A stretch of DNA of 64,000 nt from NCBI GenBank assembly GCA_045536845.1, contig JAZSOG010000052.1:8932-72931 (forward strand). The letters run 5' to 3'. This DNA is from Kiritimatiellia bacterium. GTDB taxonomy: Bacteria > Verrucomicrobiota > Kiritimatiellia > RFP12 > UBA1067. Positions 27,991-38,812 of the stretch are shown here, piece after piece. The notes under the pieces are model-generated. The model did no database searches, was not told where the DNA came from, and was given only the letters and a program-made list of their open reading frames with translations. A program made the position numbers and the translations under genes. Numbering within the stretch: position 1 is the first letter of the stretch; the number at the start of each line of letters is the position of its first letter.

Positions 27991-28472
27991 ACTACGCGTC
28001 CATAAGAACCTGCGACATCGCAAACGGAGAGGGAGTGAGAGTCTCCCTCTTCGTTTCCGGCTGTACGCACTGCTGCAAGGGCTGCTTCAACGAGGAGGCG
28101 TGGGACTTTTCCTACGGGCAGCCCTTTACCGAGAAGACAGAAAGCGAGCTTCTCGCCGCGCTGGAACCCGACTTCATCGACGGCCTCACGCTTCTTGGCG
28201 GCGAGCCGATGGAGCCGGAGAACCAGCGCGCGCTCGTGCCTTTCCTCAGGCGCGTGCGCGACAGGTTCGGGCTCTCTAAGACGATCTGGGTGTACACGGG
28301 GTGCGTCCTCGAGACCGAGCTAAAGTCGCCATCGCACTGGCGCACGGAGCTTACCGACGAGTTTCTGTCGCTCATAGACGTGCTTGTCGACGGGCCTTTT
28401 ATCGAGGCCCAGAAGGACATCTCGCTCCAGTTCCGCGGCAGCGCCAACCAGCGCATCCTCCACCTGCGCTGA
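27987..28472 (+). CDS. nrdG: Anaerobic RNR activating radical-SAM protein
   Basis: GTG start overlapping the nrdD stop; DIANGEGVRVSLFVSGCTHCCKGCFN; FRGSANQRI. Confidence 0.95.
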   Translation: MNYASIRTCDIANGEGVRVSLFVSGCTHCCKGCFNEEAWDFSYGQPFTEKTESELLAALEPDFIDGLTLLGGEPMEPENQRALVPFLRRVRDRFGLSKTIWVYTGCVLETELKSPSHWRTELTDEFLSLIDVLVDGPFIEAQKDISLQFRGSANQRILHLR

Positions 28473-28505
28473 TTTTTTGGTATAATATCACCCGTCTTTC
28501 CGACA

Positions 28506-28582
<77 letters not shown>

Positions 28583-28802
28583 CTTTTTATCCCATTTTCA
28601 CCCAATAAAATCAAGGGTTTTCGGCAAATCGGCATTGTTTACCTTGTACAAGCATTTACGCTGATTTACATCCCTAAGGAGGTGCCCGCTCCAAAGAGCA
28701 GGCCGAACATGAATGTCGCTTTCATCATGATGCAAATATACCATATTTTTGAACTTGCGTAAATCACAAGGCGAAGATCGACCGCGAATTTTCCGCAGCC
28801 CC

Positions 28803-28832
28803 TTGACATACATACCCGTAGGTATGTATAAT
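28803..28832 (+). promoter_or_regulatory. Sigma70 promoter with TetR-type operator in the spacer
   Basis: TTGACA-18-TATAAT; perfect inverted repeat TACATACC-cgta-GGTATGTA at 28809-28828. Confidence 0.9.
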
Positions 28833-28843
28833 ATGCGGCGACC

Positions 28844-29479
28844 ATGGCCAGGAGAAGGAAAGAAGACGCCGAGAAGACGCGCAGGAGGATTCTTGCGAGC
28901 GCGCTTTCGCTCTTTGTAAAGAAGGGCTACGAGAGGACGACGTTCAACGACATCGCCGCACGACTCAAGATGACGAAGGGCGCGGTGTACTGGCACTTCG
29001 AGTCGAAGGAGCGGCTCCTCGTCGAACTCGTCGAGGAGGCGCTTGCGAAGTTCCGCCGGCAGCTCGACGAGATGATGCCGACCGGCGAGCTGACATTCCC
29101 CGCCGTCGCCGACGTGATGATCAAAAACGCCATGCACATGGTGGACGATCCGAAGAGCGCGGAGTTCTTCCGCCTGATGAAATGCCAGATCAAGTGGTCG
29201 GACGACTCGATGGCGAAGGTTCGCGAGGATCTTCTCGCGAACGAGAATCGCGGCCCTATGTCGGCGTTCAGGAACGCCGTGGCTGCGGATATCGCCGCCG
29301 GCCGCGCTCGCGCGGAAGTTGACGCGGACGAGGTTGCGGTCGTTTCGATCGCCATTTGGGACGGGCTCGTCCAGGCCCGCATAGACCATTTCCTCACGCG
29401 CGACCTTGAGCAGACGCTAAGGCACGCCTACGAGGCAATCTGGAACCGCATACGTACAAAGGAGTCAAGCAATGGCTGA
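28844..29479 (+). CDS. TetR/AcrR-family repressor
   Basis: FVKKGYERTTFNDIAARLKMTKGAVYWHFESK. Confidence 0.95.
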   Translation: MARRRKEDAEKTRRRILASALSLFVKKGYERTTFNDIAARLKMTKGAVYWHFESKERLLVELVEEALAKFRRQLDEMMPTGELTFPAVADVMIKNAMHMVDDPKSAEFFRLMKCQIKWSDDSMAKVREDLLANENRGPMSAFRNAVAADIAAGRARAEVDADEVAVVSIAIWDGLVQARIDHFLTRDLEQTLRHAYEAIWNRIRTKESSNG

Positions 29480-30680
29480 AAAGGAATCAACGGTCGGTAG
29501 CATAATTGGGACCATAGTCCTCGCGGCGGTATGCGTCGCGGGCGGCTGGATAGGGAAGGACATGTGGCCGAAGGGCGACGGCGGCGCGGCGGCCGCGCAG
29601 GCAGCGAAGCTCGCGGCTATGCAGCAGACCGTCGCGGTCACGAACGCCGAGCTGCGCGTCTACAACCTCCCAGAGAGGTTCGTCGCCCACGCAGAGGCGG
29701 TGCAGGAGGTCGATCTCCTTCCGCAGATCGACGGCTACGTCCGCGAGATCAAGTTCAAGGAAGGCGACGTCGTAAAGGAGGGGCAGGTCCTCTACGTGAT
29801 CGACGACGAGCGCTACCAGGCCGTCGCGAACCAGCGCAAGGCCGACCTTGCGGCGGCCGAGGCCGAGGCGCGCAGGGCGGAGCGCTACTTCGAGCGTATG
29901 GAGAAGGCGGACGAGCGCGGCATCACGCAGCTCGAGCGCGACAACGCCGAGGCCGCGGCGGAGAAGGCGAAGGCTGCGGTCCTCCAGGCGAAGGCGAACC
30001 TCGTCGTCGCGGAGTACGACCTCAAGAAGACCACGGTGTTCGCTCCGATCTCCGGGCAGATCGGCAAGTCGTCCGCCCACGTCGGCGACTACGTCGCGCC
30101 GTCGAAGGGTGCGCTCGCGAAGATCGTGCAGATCGACCCGATCCGCGTCTCGTTCCCGCTCACCGACCGCGCCTACATCGCGTGGCGCCAGGCGCAGCGC
30201 GAGGGAACGGACCATGCGTTCCGCATGCGACTCATCCTCCCCGACGGCAGCGAGTACGACCGCGAGGGCACGTGGGACTTTGACGACAACCAGATGTCGC
30301 GCGAAACGGCGTCGATCATGATGCGCCTCAGGTTCCCCAACCCCGAACGCCTGCTCATCCCGAACAGCTACGTGACGCTCCTCACTGACTACCAGGAGCC
30401 GCCGAGCTACCCGTCCGTCCCTCAACAGGCGATCGTCGACCTTCCCGGCGGGAACCAGGGAGTGTGGATCCTGAAGGACGACATGACGGTCGAGCAGCGT
30501 CCCGTGGAGACGAAGGAGGCGTTCGGCGGATGGACCCCACTCGTGAAGGGCGTGAAGGAAGGAGAGCGCGTCGTCATCTCCGGAATCTCCAAGCTCGGTC
30601 CCGGCGTGAAGGTCGCGCTTGCCGAGCCTACCTCCAACGACGACATCAACGCCAACCACAAGTCCCCGATCGAGGAGTGA
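29472..30680 (+). CDS. RND membrane fusion (periplasmic adaptor) protein
   Basis: [35 protein letters not shown]. Confidence 0.95.
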   Translation: MAEKESTVGSIIGTIVLAAVCVAGGWIGKDMWPKGDGGAAAAQAAKLAAMQQTVAVTNAELRVYNLPERFVAHAEAVQEVDLLPQIDGYVREIKFKEGDVVKEGQVLYVIDDERYQAVANQRKADLAAAEAEARRAERYFERMEKADERGITQLERDNAEAAAEKAKAAVLQAKANLVVAEYDLKKTTVFAPISGQIGKSSAHVGDYVAPSKGALAKIVQIDPIRVSFPLTDRAYIAWRQAQREGTDHAFRMRLILPDGSEYDREGTWDFDDNQMSRETASIMMRLRFPNPERLLIPNSYVTLLTDYQEPPSYPSVPQQAIVDLPGGNQGVWILKDDMTVEQRPVETKEAFGGWTPLVKGVKEGERVVISGISKLGPGVKVALAEPTSNDDINANHKSPIEE

Positions 30681-30687
30681 GGACCAG

Positions 30688-33600
30688 ATGAAACTTCCTC
30701 TCAGACCAGCAATAGACCAGATCAAGACGTTCTCGCGGACGTTCGTGGAGCGTCCACGCTTTGCGATGGTCATCGCGATCGTGCTGTCCATAGCCGGCAC
30801 GATGGCGATCTTCAACCTGCCGGTAACGCAGTATCCGCGCGTGACGCCGCCTTCGATACAGGTGAGCTACACCTACCCGGGCGCGAATGCGAAGGAGGTG
30901 CTGAACACCGTCGCGATGCCGCTCGAGGACGAGGTGAACGGCGTGGACGACATGCTCTACATGACGGGGCAGTGCGGCGACGACGGCAGCTATTCGCTCA
31001 ACGTGTCGTTCGAGGTCGAGTCTGACCGAGACATGGACCAGGTCAAGGTGCAGAACCGCGTCTCGCAGGCGGAGGCGAAGCTCCCCGCGGAGGTAAGACA
31101 GCTCGGCGGACGAATCCGCGCGCAGAACTCCGACATGCTCGGCTTCATCGCGGTCAGGTCCCCCAACGGAACCCTCTCGCGACTGCAGATCTCGGACTAC
31201 ATCTACGCGAACATCCAGCCGGTGCTCCTGCGCGTCAAGGGCGTGGGCGACGCGACGGTGTACGGTCCGAAGCTCTCGATGCGCGTGTGGCTCGATCCCG
31301 CGCGCATGGCCGCGCAGGGAATGAACACCGAGGAGGTGATGGCCGCCGTCTCGAAGCAGAACATCCAGGCCTCGCTCGGCTCGGTCGGCGCCGCGCCGAC
31401 AGGCGACCACGCCGCGTGGACGATGTCGCTCCTCGCGAAGGGGCGCCTCATGTCCGCGGAGGAGTTCGACGATATCGTCGTGAGGCGTGACGCGAACGGC
31501 GGCGTCGTGCGGCTCAAGGACATCGCGCGCACCGAAATCGGCGAACAGAACTACATGTTCACCGGCCAGCTCAACGGAGGCAACGCCGTCTCCATCGCGC
31601 TCCAGCAGAAGCCGGGCGCGAACGCGATCGCTACGATGAAGGCGATAAGGCAGGCGATGGCCGAGCTCGAGGAGTCGTTCCCCGACGACCTCGAGTGGGT
31701 CATCCCCTACGACGCGACGGACTACGTGAGCACCTGCATCGACGAAATCGTGTACACGCTCCTCATCACGTTCGGACTCGTTGTGCTCGTATGCTACCTC
31801 TTCCTCCAGGACTGGCGCGCGACGCTGATTCCGTGCCTCACGATCCCCGTGTCGCTTTCCTCGACGTTCATCCTGATGGCCTTCCTCGGCTACTCGATCA
31901 ACATCCTCACGTTGTTCGGGCTTGTCCTCGCGATCGGCGTCGTAGTGGACGACTGCATCGTCGTCGTTGAGCGCGTGCAGTTCCTCATCGAGACGCGCGG
32001 CCTCAACTCGAAGGAGGCGGCGATCCAGGCGATGAGCGACGTGACGTCCGCCGTCATCGCGACGACGCTTGTCCTTCTCGGCATCTTCGTCCCAGTCGGC
32101 TTCATGAGCGGTATCACGGGACGCATCTACCAGCAGTTCTCCGTCACGCTCTCCGCCGCGGTCTGCTTCTCGACCGTGTGCGCGCTCACGCTCGCTCCGG
32201 CGCTCTGCTCGCTCATTCTCCACGAGGCAAGGCCCTACAAACATGGTCCGCTCGCATGGTTCAACTGGGCGGTCAACTCGTTCAAGGGGCTCTTCGTGAA
32301 GCTCGCGAAGTGGCTCGCGTCGCGCATTTTCCTCGCGCTCGCGCTCCTCATACTTACTATCCTGCTGACCGTGCAGATGTTCCGCTCGACGCAGACGGCG
32401 TTCCTCCCCGATGAGGACCAGTGCGTCATATTCGCCGCGATGGAGATGCCCGAGGGCTCGACTCGCGACCGCACGCGAGACGTGTCGCTCCGCGCCGTCG
32501 ACATGCTGCTCAAGGTCCCCGAGGTGAGAAGCGTCCTCACGATCACGGGCTTCTCGATGGTCGGCGGTCGCGGCGAGAACCAGTCAATGGTCATCATCGA
32601 GCTCAAGGACTGGTCGGAGCGCAAGGGCAAGGACCAGAGCGCTGCGGCGATGGTGCAGAAGCTGCAGGCCTACCTTGCGCAGGTCCCGGAGCCGAACTGG
32701 AAGGTATTCATGCCTCCGGCCATTCCCGGCCTCGGCATGACGAACGGAATAAGCGTCGACCTTCAGGACAAGGGTACGGCCGATCCGATACGCATGGATC
32801 AGGTCAAGAACCGCGTCCTCGCCGAGCTCAACGACAAGACGAAGCATCCCGACATCATGGTCGCCTACTCGGGCTACAACGCCGTCACGCCGCACCTCCG
32901 CTTCAACCTCGACCGCGTGAAGGCCGAGATGTACAAGGTGCCGGTCTCGACCGTCTACGCGACGCTGCAGAACTACCTCGGCTCGCGCTACGTCAACGAC
33001 GTCAACCTCGGCACGCAGGTGAACCGCGTGACAGTGCAGGCAGACTGGGACGGACGCGCCACGCCCGAGGCGGTCTCGCGCCTCTACGTGCGCGGCGAGA
33101 ACGGGGCGATGGTGCAGATCGGCTCCCTCGGCGACATCACGCGCGAGCTTGGACCGCGCACAGTCTACACGCGCGACAAGTACGTCTCGTGCGGCATAAC
33201 CGTAATGCCCATGCCCGGCGTCGCGTCAGGCAAGGTCATGAACGACCTGAGGAAGGTGTTCAAGGACATCCTCCCGGACGACTACGGCTACGACTGGGCG
33301 GCGCTCTCGTTCCAGGAGGCGCGCAACGAGGGCGGAGCGGCGCCGCTCATCGCGCTCGCGATCCTGTTCGGCTACCTCTTCCTCGTCGCGCAGTACGAGT
33401 CGTGGACGATTCCTCTCCCCGTGATGCTCTCGATCTTCGTCGCCGTGTTCGGCGCGCTCGTGGGACTCAAGTGGTTCGGCATCTGGATGACTGGTTCGCC
33501 GTATCCGCTCTCCATATACGCGCAGCTCGGCCTCGTCCTTCTCGTAGGTCTTGCCTCGAAGAACGCGATCTTGATCGTCGAGTTCGCGAAGGACAAGCGC

Positions 33601-33921
33601 GAGAACGAGGGCTACTCGATTGCGGACGCCGCGGGCGCGGCGGCGGGCGAGCGCCTTAGGGCGCTTCTCATGACCGCTCTCACGACGCTTCTCGGCACTC
33701 TCCCGATGATGATCGCGACGGGCGCTGGCGCGGCGAGCCGCAACCACCTAGGCACGACCGAGTTCTGGGGCATGTTCGCGTCCGTGTCGTTCGGAATCCT
33801 CCTGGTGCCCGGACTCTACGCGCTCTTCCAGACTTGGCGCGAACGCATCAAGCGTTTCTTCGCCTATCTTTCCACAACGGCGCTCCGCCGCCGTCAGCTA
33901 AAAGCAAGGAGTGATGTATGA
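30688..33921 (+). CDS. RND inner-membrane efflux transporter (AcrB/HAE1)
   Basis: [41 protein letters not shown]. Confidence 0.97.
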   Translation: MKLPLRPAIDQIKTFSRTFVERPRFAMVIAIVLSIAGTMAIFNLPVTQYPRVTPPSIQVSYTYPGANAKEVLNTVAMPLEDEVNGVDDMLYMTGQCGDDGSYSLNVSFEVESDRDMDQVKVQNRVSQAEAKLPAEVRQLGGRIRAQNSDMLGFIAVRSPNGTLSRLQISDYIYANIQPVLLRVKGVGDATVYGPKLSMRVWLDPARMAAQGMNTEEVMAAVSKQNIQASLGSVGAAPTGDHAAWTMSLLAKGRLMSAEEFDDIVVRRDANGGVVRLKDIARTEIGEQNYMFTGQLNGGNAVSIALQQKPGANAIATMKAIRQAMAELEESFPDDLEWVIPYDATDYVSTCIDEIVYTLLITFGLVVLVCYLFLQDWRATLIPCLTIPVSLSSTFILMAFLGYSINILTLFGLVLAIGVVVDDCIVVVERVQFLIETRGLNSKEAAIQAMSDVTSAVIATTLVLLGIFVPVGFMSGITGRIYQQFSVTLSAAVCFSTVCALTLAPALCSLILHEARPYKHGPLAWFNWAVNSFKGLFVKLAKWLASRIFLALALLILTILLTVQMFRSTQTAFLPDEDQCVIFAAMEMPEGSTRDRTRDVSLRAVDMLLKVPEVRSVLTITGFSMVGGRGENQSMVIIELKDWSERKGKDQSAAAMVQKLQAYLAQVPEPNWKVFMPPAIPGLGMTNGISVDLQDKGTADPIRMDQVKNRVLAELNDKTKHPDIMVAYSGYNAVTPHLRFNLDRVKAEMYKVPVSTVYATLQNYLGSRYVNDVNLGTQVNRVTVQADWDGRATPEAVSRLYVRGENGAMVQIGSLGDITRELGPRTVYTRDKYVSCGITVMPMPGVASGKVMNDLRKVFKDILPDDYGYDWAALSFQEARNEGGAAPLIALAILFGYLFLVAQYESWTIPLPVMLSIFVAVFGALVGLKWFGIWMTGSPYPLSIYAQLGLVLLVGLASKNAILIVEFAKDKRENEGYSIADAAGAAAGERLRALLMTALTTLLGTLPMMIATGAGAASRNHLGTTEFWGMFASVSFGILLVPGLYALFQTWRERIKRFFAYLSTTALRRRQLKARSDV

Positions 33922-35414
33922 AAAGACTGATTCCGCTTGTTGTGATTGCCGCTGCCGGCTGTTGCCTGCTTCCATCCGTCGGACCAGACTACAAAAGCCC
34001 AGACATGGACGGGCTTCCTTCATACGCGATGCCTGACGCCGGATACCCCACGACGAATCGCACGGAAGTCGGTGAGTGGAAGCCGGCAGAGGGCGATGAC
34101 GACATTCGTACGCTCGTCACGACGAACGACATTTCATGCTGGTGGTGCCGCTTCGACGACGATGTCCTCACGAACTTGGTAGCGAGCGCCGTCTCGAGCA
34201 ACCTGACGTTTCGCATGGCGCAGCAGCGTCTGCAGGCGTCGGCCTGGATGCTCTTCGGCTCCTACGCCGCGTTCATGCCCAAGGCGACGTTTGGCGCGAG
34301 CGGCACGATGGGGCACCACGAGCGTTACACCTCGTCCCAGTACGCGTCGTGGCTTTCGTCCGGCTCTAAGCGCAACTACTCCGACATCTTCCGCGCCGGT
34401 TTCGACGCGTCGTGGGAAATCGACATCTTCGGCGGCAGCCGTCGCGCCACCGAGGCCGCGTGGTCCGAAATGGCGGCATCATACTGGAGTCTCGAGGACG
34501 CCTGGGTCACGCTCACCGCCGAAGTAGGGCGCGAATACATACAGCTCCGCACGACCCAGCAGCGCATCGCGGTCGCGCGCACGAACCTCGTTCTCCAGAC
34601 CGAGACGTACGACATCTTGAAGTCGCGCTTTGACTCCGGCATTGGCGACGAGCTCGCTGTCAACCAGTCGAAGTACGTCGTCGACCAGACGCTTGCGACG
34701 ATTCCGCCGCTTCTCGCGGAGGAGGAGAGACTGCTCAACGCGATTGCCGTCCTCACGGGAGACATTCCCGGTGCCCGCCACGACGAGCTTAAGAACTGCC
34801 CCGACCGCGACTGGCTTCTCGCTCCCGAGAAGATCGCGGAAATTCCGCTCGACATGATCCGCGCGCGTCCCGATGTGCGCGCCGCAGAACGCAAACTCGC
34901 CGCGCAGACGGCGAAGGTCGGCGTCGCTAAGTCGCTCTGGTTCCCGAAGCTCTACATCAACGGCTATCTCGGGGTGGAGTCGGTCAAGGTTCACAAGTTC
35001 CTCGGGAAGGGCGACTTCTACGGTTCCATCGGGCCTGCGATAAGCTGGCCGATCTTCCAGGGCGGCAGCATCTACGCGAACGTGAAGGCCGAGGAAGCGC
35101 GTATGGACGAGGCATTCCTCGCCTACGAGTCGTCAATCCAGGAGGCGTACCGCGAAGTGCGCAACGCCTATGCCGAGTACACCCAGCAGTACCACCGCTA
35201 TCAGGCGCTGCAGGGCGCCGTGAAGGCGGCTCAGGACGCAGTCGCGATCTCGAACGACCTTTACAAGAACGGTCTCAGAGACTTTACGGCGGTCATCGAC
35301 GCGCAGCGCTCGCTCCTATCGCTCGAGGAGGCGCTCGTGATTTCGCGCGGCCAAATTACCGTCAACCTGATCGCGCTCTACAAGGCCCTCGGCGGCGGCA
35401 TCGTCGGCATTTAG
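33918..35414 (+). CDS. Outer-membrane efflux factor lipoprotein (NodT/OprM)
   Basis: Lipobox [38 protein letters not shown]. Confidence 0.95.
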   Translation: MKRLIPLVVIAAAGCCLLPSVGPDYKSPDMDGLPSYAMPDAGYPTTNRTEVGEWKPAEGDDDIRTLVTTNDISCWWCRFDDDVLTNLVASAVSSNLTFRMAQQRLQASAWMLFGSYAAFMPKATFGASGTMGHHERYTSSQYASWLSSGSKRNYSDIFRAGFDASWEIDIFGGSRRATEAAWSEMAASYWSLEDAWVTLTAEVGREYIQLRTTQQRIAVARTNLVLQTETYDILKSRFDSGIGDELAVNQSKYVVDQTLATIPPLLAEEERLLNAIAVLTGDIPGARHDELKNCPDRDWLLAPEKIAEIPLDMIRARPDVRAAERKLAAQTAKVGVAKSLWFPKLYINGYLGVESVKVHKFLGKGDFYGSIGPAISWPIFQGGSIYANVKAEEARMDEAFLAYESSIQEAYREVRNAYAEYTQQYHRYQALQGAVKAAQDAVAISNDLYKNGLRDFTAVIDAQRSLLSLEEALVISRGQITVNLIALYKALGGGIVGI

Positions 35415-35431
35415 CCTAAGTTCGTTCGGCG

Positions 35432-35610
35432 GCGGCCGAGGCCTGCGCCCGACCTGCTCGCCCGACCCGCAGTTTGCGGGCGCCCCACCGGCATGATTTT
35501 GACGCGCGCGCCTTCACGCGCGCCCTTTACGCTGGCGGTCAAAATCACGCCGGGCCCGCAAACATGCTCTCGTGCGCCAGTCGGCTCTCCGGCCTCGGGC
35601 ATTCGGCCGC
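35432..35610. other. Long imperfect inverted-repeat element between the efflux and feo operons
   Basis: GTTTGCGGGC 35472 pairs with GCCCGCAAAC 35554; CCGGCATGATTTTGAC 35488 pairs with GTCAAAATCACGCCGG 35538; CCGAGGCC 35436 pairs with GGCCTCGG 35591. Confidence 0.8.
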
Positions 35611-35644
35611 TGTCTCACAGATAATAATTTTTCTATGACCCCTA

Positions 35645-35674
35645 TTGACAGACGTGAGTTAGTTTTGGTAAACT
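35645..35674 (+). promoter_or_regulatory. feoAB promoter
   Basis: TTGACA-18-TAAACT with extended -10 TG. Confidence 0.65.
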
Positions 35675-35734
35675 TTGCGGCGTCTAACAAGATTAGGAAC
35701 GGCAAAATGCCGTTGGAACAAGGAGATTGCTGAA

Positions 35735-35953
35735 ATGACTCTGGCGGAGATGAAGGAAGGGGAGCGGGCGCGAATCGTCCGCGTGTCGGGCGAGGAGGCC
35801 GTGAAGCGGCACCTCGGCGCACTCGGTTTCGTGGCGGGCACTATTGTGCGCGTTGTGGGCGAATCCTACGGCAACATGATTCTCGCCGTGCACGAGAGCC
35901 GCATCGCCGTCAACGACGCGACTGCGCAGGATGTGGAGGTGGCAAATGTCTAA
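35735..35953 (+). CDS. feoA: Ferrous iron transport protein A
   Basis: MTLAEMKEGERARIVRV..HLGALGF..SRIAV; AGGAG RBS. Confidence 0.9.
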   Translation: MTLAEMKEGERARIVRVSGEEAVKRHLGALGFVAGTIVRVVGESYGNMILAVHESRIAVNDATAQDVEVANV

Positions 35954-38486
35954 TAAAAGCGTGAAAATAGCTCTCGCAGGAAACCCGAACAGCGGCAAGA
36001 CGACGCTTTTCAACGCGCTTACTGGGTCCGAGCAGTACGTCGGCAACTGGCCGGGCGTCACAGTCGAGAAGAAGGACGGAATACTCGCCGGACACAAGGA
36101 TGTCGTCATACAGGACCTCCCCGGCATCTACTCGCTCTCGCCCTACTCCATCGAGGAGAAGGTGTCGCGCAGGTTCCTCGTCGAGGAGGGGCCGGACGCG
36201 ATTCTCAACATCGTCGACGGCACGAACATCGAGCGCAACCTCTACTTCTCCACGCAGCTTGCGGAACTGGGGCTGCCGATGGTGATGGCCGTCAACATGA
36301 TGGACGTCGTGAAGAAGAACGGCGACAAGATCGACTTCGACAAGATCGCGAAGGCGCTCCGCTGCGAGGTCGTCGGGATTTCTGCTCTCAAGAACGAGGG
36401 CGGCATGGAGGCCGCAGAGAAGGTCGTCGAGATGGCGAAGAAGGCCGTCGTCGAGAAGGGCCCCGGGAAGCTCCCCGACGTCCCGCACGTGTTCTCGGGC
36501 TCGGTCGAGCACGCGATCGCCCACATCGAGGAGTCTATACAAGGCAAGGTCCCGCTCCGCTCTATACGCTGGTACGCGATCAAGGTCTTCGAGCGCGACC
36601 GCGAGATAATAAAGAAGCTCGACATCGGCGTCGGCGAGATGAAGCACATCGAGGAGCACATCCGCGACTGCGAGAAGGAGATCGGCGACGACGCGGAGTC
36701 GATCATCACCAGCCAGCGCTACGACTTCATAAAGCGACTCATGGACAAGTCGCTGGCGCTGAATGAAAAGCGCAAGGACAAGGCGACCATGTCGGACAAG
36801 ATCGACAAGATCGTCACGCACCGCATCCTCGCGCTTCCGATCTTCATCCTCTCCCTCTGCGTTATGTGGTTCCTCGCCGTCGCGGAGAACGGTCCTGGAA
36901 CCGTTCTAACCGACTGGGCGAACGACGGATTCCTCGCGGACGGATGGCATCTCCCGTTCACGATGCACGAGTGCCGCGAAGAAGGAAAGTACAAGGGCAT
37001 GGAGTTCGAGGACGCGCAGGGTGAGTTCGCCAAACAGGACGCCTCGAAGTCCGCCTGGGAAGAAGCGTATCTTGAGAAGATCAACGAAGGCAAGTCCGAC
37101 GACGACAAGGTTGAGGAGATGCCCGAGGAGATTGACGAGAAGGTCGCGGCGACGATTGTCGCGAAGGGCGTGTTCGTCGAGGACGAGGAGACTGGCGAGC
37201 CGATCGCGAAGGAAGACAACGAAGACGAGCCCGACCTCTGGGACGTCGACTTCGCGGCGTACAAAGAGGCCTCGGAGTGGGAGGAGCCCGATCCCAAGCA
37301 GTTCGGCGTATGGGTTCCCGGTCTCGGTGCGCTGATAACGGGTGCGCTCGAAAAGGCCGGCGTGAACGACACGGTGAGGAGTCTCGTCGTAGACGGCGCG
37401 TGGGGAGGCGTTGCCACTGTTCTCGGATTCGTCCCGGTGATCTTCATCGTATTCCTCTTCCTCGCGTTTCTCGAGGACTGCGGCTACATGGCGCGCGTCG
37501 CGTTCATCATGGACAGGCTCCTGCGCCGCTTCGGCCTATCCGGCAAGTCGTTCATCCCGATGCTCGTCGGCAAGGGCTGCGGCGTCCCGGCCGTGATGGC
37601 GGCCAGGGCCATTGAGAACGAGCGGGCGCGTCGCATGACGGTTATCCTCGCGACTTTCGTCCCGTGCGGCGCGAAGACGGTCATCATCGCGATGTTCGCG
37701 GCGCTCTTCTTCCGCGAGCAGTGGTACGTTGCCGCGATGATGGACGTGGTCGGCATCGCGATAATCATCCTCGGCGGCATCGCGCTCAAGAAGACGAGGT
37801 TCTTTGCGGGCGAGGCGTCGTCGTTCGTCCTCGAGCTCCCCGCGTACCACATGCCGACGATATCCGGCGTCTGGCACCACACGTGGAACCGTCTCAAGGG
37901 CTACATCCTCAAGGCCGGTCTCGTCATCTTCCCCGCATGCGTGTTCCTCTGGTTCATCATGCACTTCGACTGGTCGCTCAATCTGCTTGCCGACGAGGAG
38001 ATCGAGAAGTCGATTCTGCACGATCTCGGCAGCTGGATCGCATGGTTGTTCGAGCCGCTCGGCTTCGGCTCGTGGCAGGGCGCGGCGGCGTCCGTCTCCG
38101 CCGAGATAGCGAAGGAGCAGGCGACTGCGACGCTGAAGCTCGTCACCGTCGGAATGGAGGGCGTCTCCAGCGGTGCGCACATCCAGAACTTCTTTGCGGC
38201 GATCAGCGCCTTCCCGAAGCTTGCGGCACTGTCGTTCATGGTGTTCAACCTGTTCGTCCCGCCGTGCATGGTCGCGATCGCCGTGACGTTCCGCGAGATG
38301 GGCTCTCAGAAGTGGGGCTGGTTCGCGGTCGGCTTCCAGCTCTTCGTCGGATACGTCCTCGCGCTCAGCGTGTACAGGCTTGGCGTGCTGTTCGCGGGCG
38401 GCGGCTTCGGTATTTGGACGGCTGTCGCGATTCTTGCCGACCTCTTCTGCCTCTGGATGATCGTCAGGAAGGGGAGCGGGAAATGA
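35946..38486 (+). CDS. feoB: Ferrous iron transport protein B
   Basis: GNPNSGKT, VGNWPGVTVE, DLPGIYSL, EDCGYMARVAF, GCGVPAVM. Confidence 0.97.
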   Translation: MSNKSVKIALAGNPNSGKTTLFNALTGSEQYVGNWPGVTVEKKDGILAGHKDVVIQDLPGIYSLSPYSIEEKVSRRFLVEEGPDAILNIVDGTNIERNLYFSTQLAELGLPMVMAVNMMDVVKKNGDKIDFDKIAKALRCEVVGISALKNEGGMEAAEKVVEMAKKAVVEKGPGKLPDVPHVFSGSVEHAIAHIEESIQGKVPLRSIRWYAIKVFERDREIIKKLDIGVGEMKHIEEHIRDCEKEIGDDAESIITSQRYDFIKRLMDKSLALNEKRKDKATMSDKIDKIVTHRILALPIFILSLCVMWFLAVAENGPGTVLTDWANDGFLADGWHLPFTMHECREEGKYKGMEFEDAQGEFAKQDASKSAWEEAYLEKINEGKSDDDKVEEMPEEIDEKVAATIVAKGVFVEDEETGEPIAKEDNEDEPDLWDVDFAAYKEASEWEEPDPKQFGVWVPGLGALITGALEKAGVNDTVRSLVVDGAWGGVATVLGFVPVIFIVFLFLAFLEDCGYMARVAFIMDRLLRRFGLSGKSFIPMLVGKGCGVPAVMAARAIENERARRMTVILATFVPCGAKTVIIAMFAALFFREQWYVAAMMDVVGIAIIILGGIALKKTRFFAGEASSFVLELPAYHMPTISGVWHHTWNRLKGYILKAGLVIFPACVFLWFIMHFDWSLNLLADEEIEKSILHDLGSWIAWLFEPLGFGSWQGAAASVSAEIAKEQATATLKLVTVGMEGVSSGAHIQNFFAAISAFPKLAALSFMVFNLFVPPCMVAIAVTFREMGSQKWGWFAVGFQLFVGYVLALSVYRLGVLFAGGGFGIWTAVAILADLFCLWMIVRKGSGK

Positions 38487-38647
38487 ACTACGAGTCGATC
38501 ATAGTTCTATCCGTTGTCTTGATTCTTGCAGCGCTTGCCGCCTGGCGGGTCGCGAAGAAGGGCGCACCGTGCGAGTGCGGCGGTTCGCGCAAGGCCTGCG
38601 GCGGCAAATGTTGCTGCTGCGAACACGACGAAAGTGCAGAGAAGTGA
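38483..38647 (+). CDS. FeoB-associated Cys-rich small membrane protein
   Basis: 54 aa, one TM then CECGG..CGGKCCCC; ATGA overlap with feoB. Confidence 0.8.
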   Translation: MNYESIIVLSVVLILAALAAWRVAKKGAPCECGGSRKACGGKCCCCEHDESAEK

Positions 38648-38655
38648 TTATTGGC

Positions 38656-38688
38656 CTTTGTGATCTTTGTGCCCTTTGTGGCTAAAAC
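38656..38688 (+). repeat. 9-nt periodic CTTTGTG x3 followed by GCTAAAAC
   Basis: CTTTGTG at 38656, 38665, 38674. Confidence 0.85.
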
Positions 38689-38812
38689 ATAACTAGCCTA
38701 TAAGACTGTCACTGCTGGTGATCTTTCAATAGATATAAAGTTAGCGCTAACTAATATAATTAGTTCTGTAAAACATAAATTAGACACAACTAACAAGGAA
38801 AGGGGCAACAAG

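Noticed and set aside
35432-35610. Possible integron attC site or iron riboswitch
   Set aside because: Ends read GTTTGCG..CGCAAAC, the opposite of RYYYAAC..GTTRRRY; no integrase; lies upstream of the feo promoter
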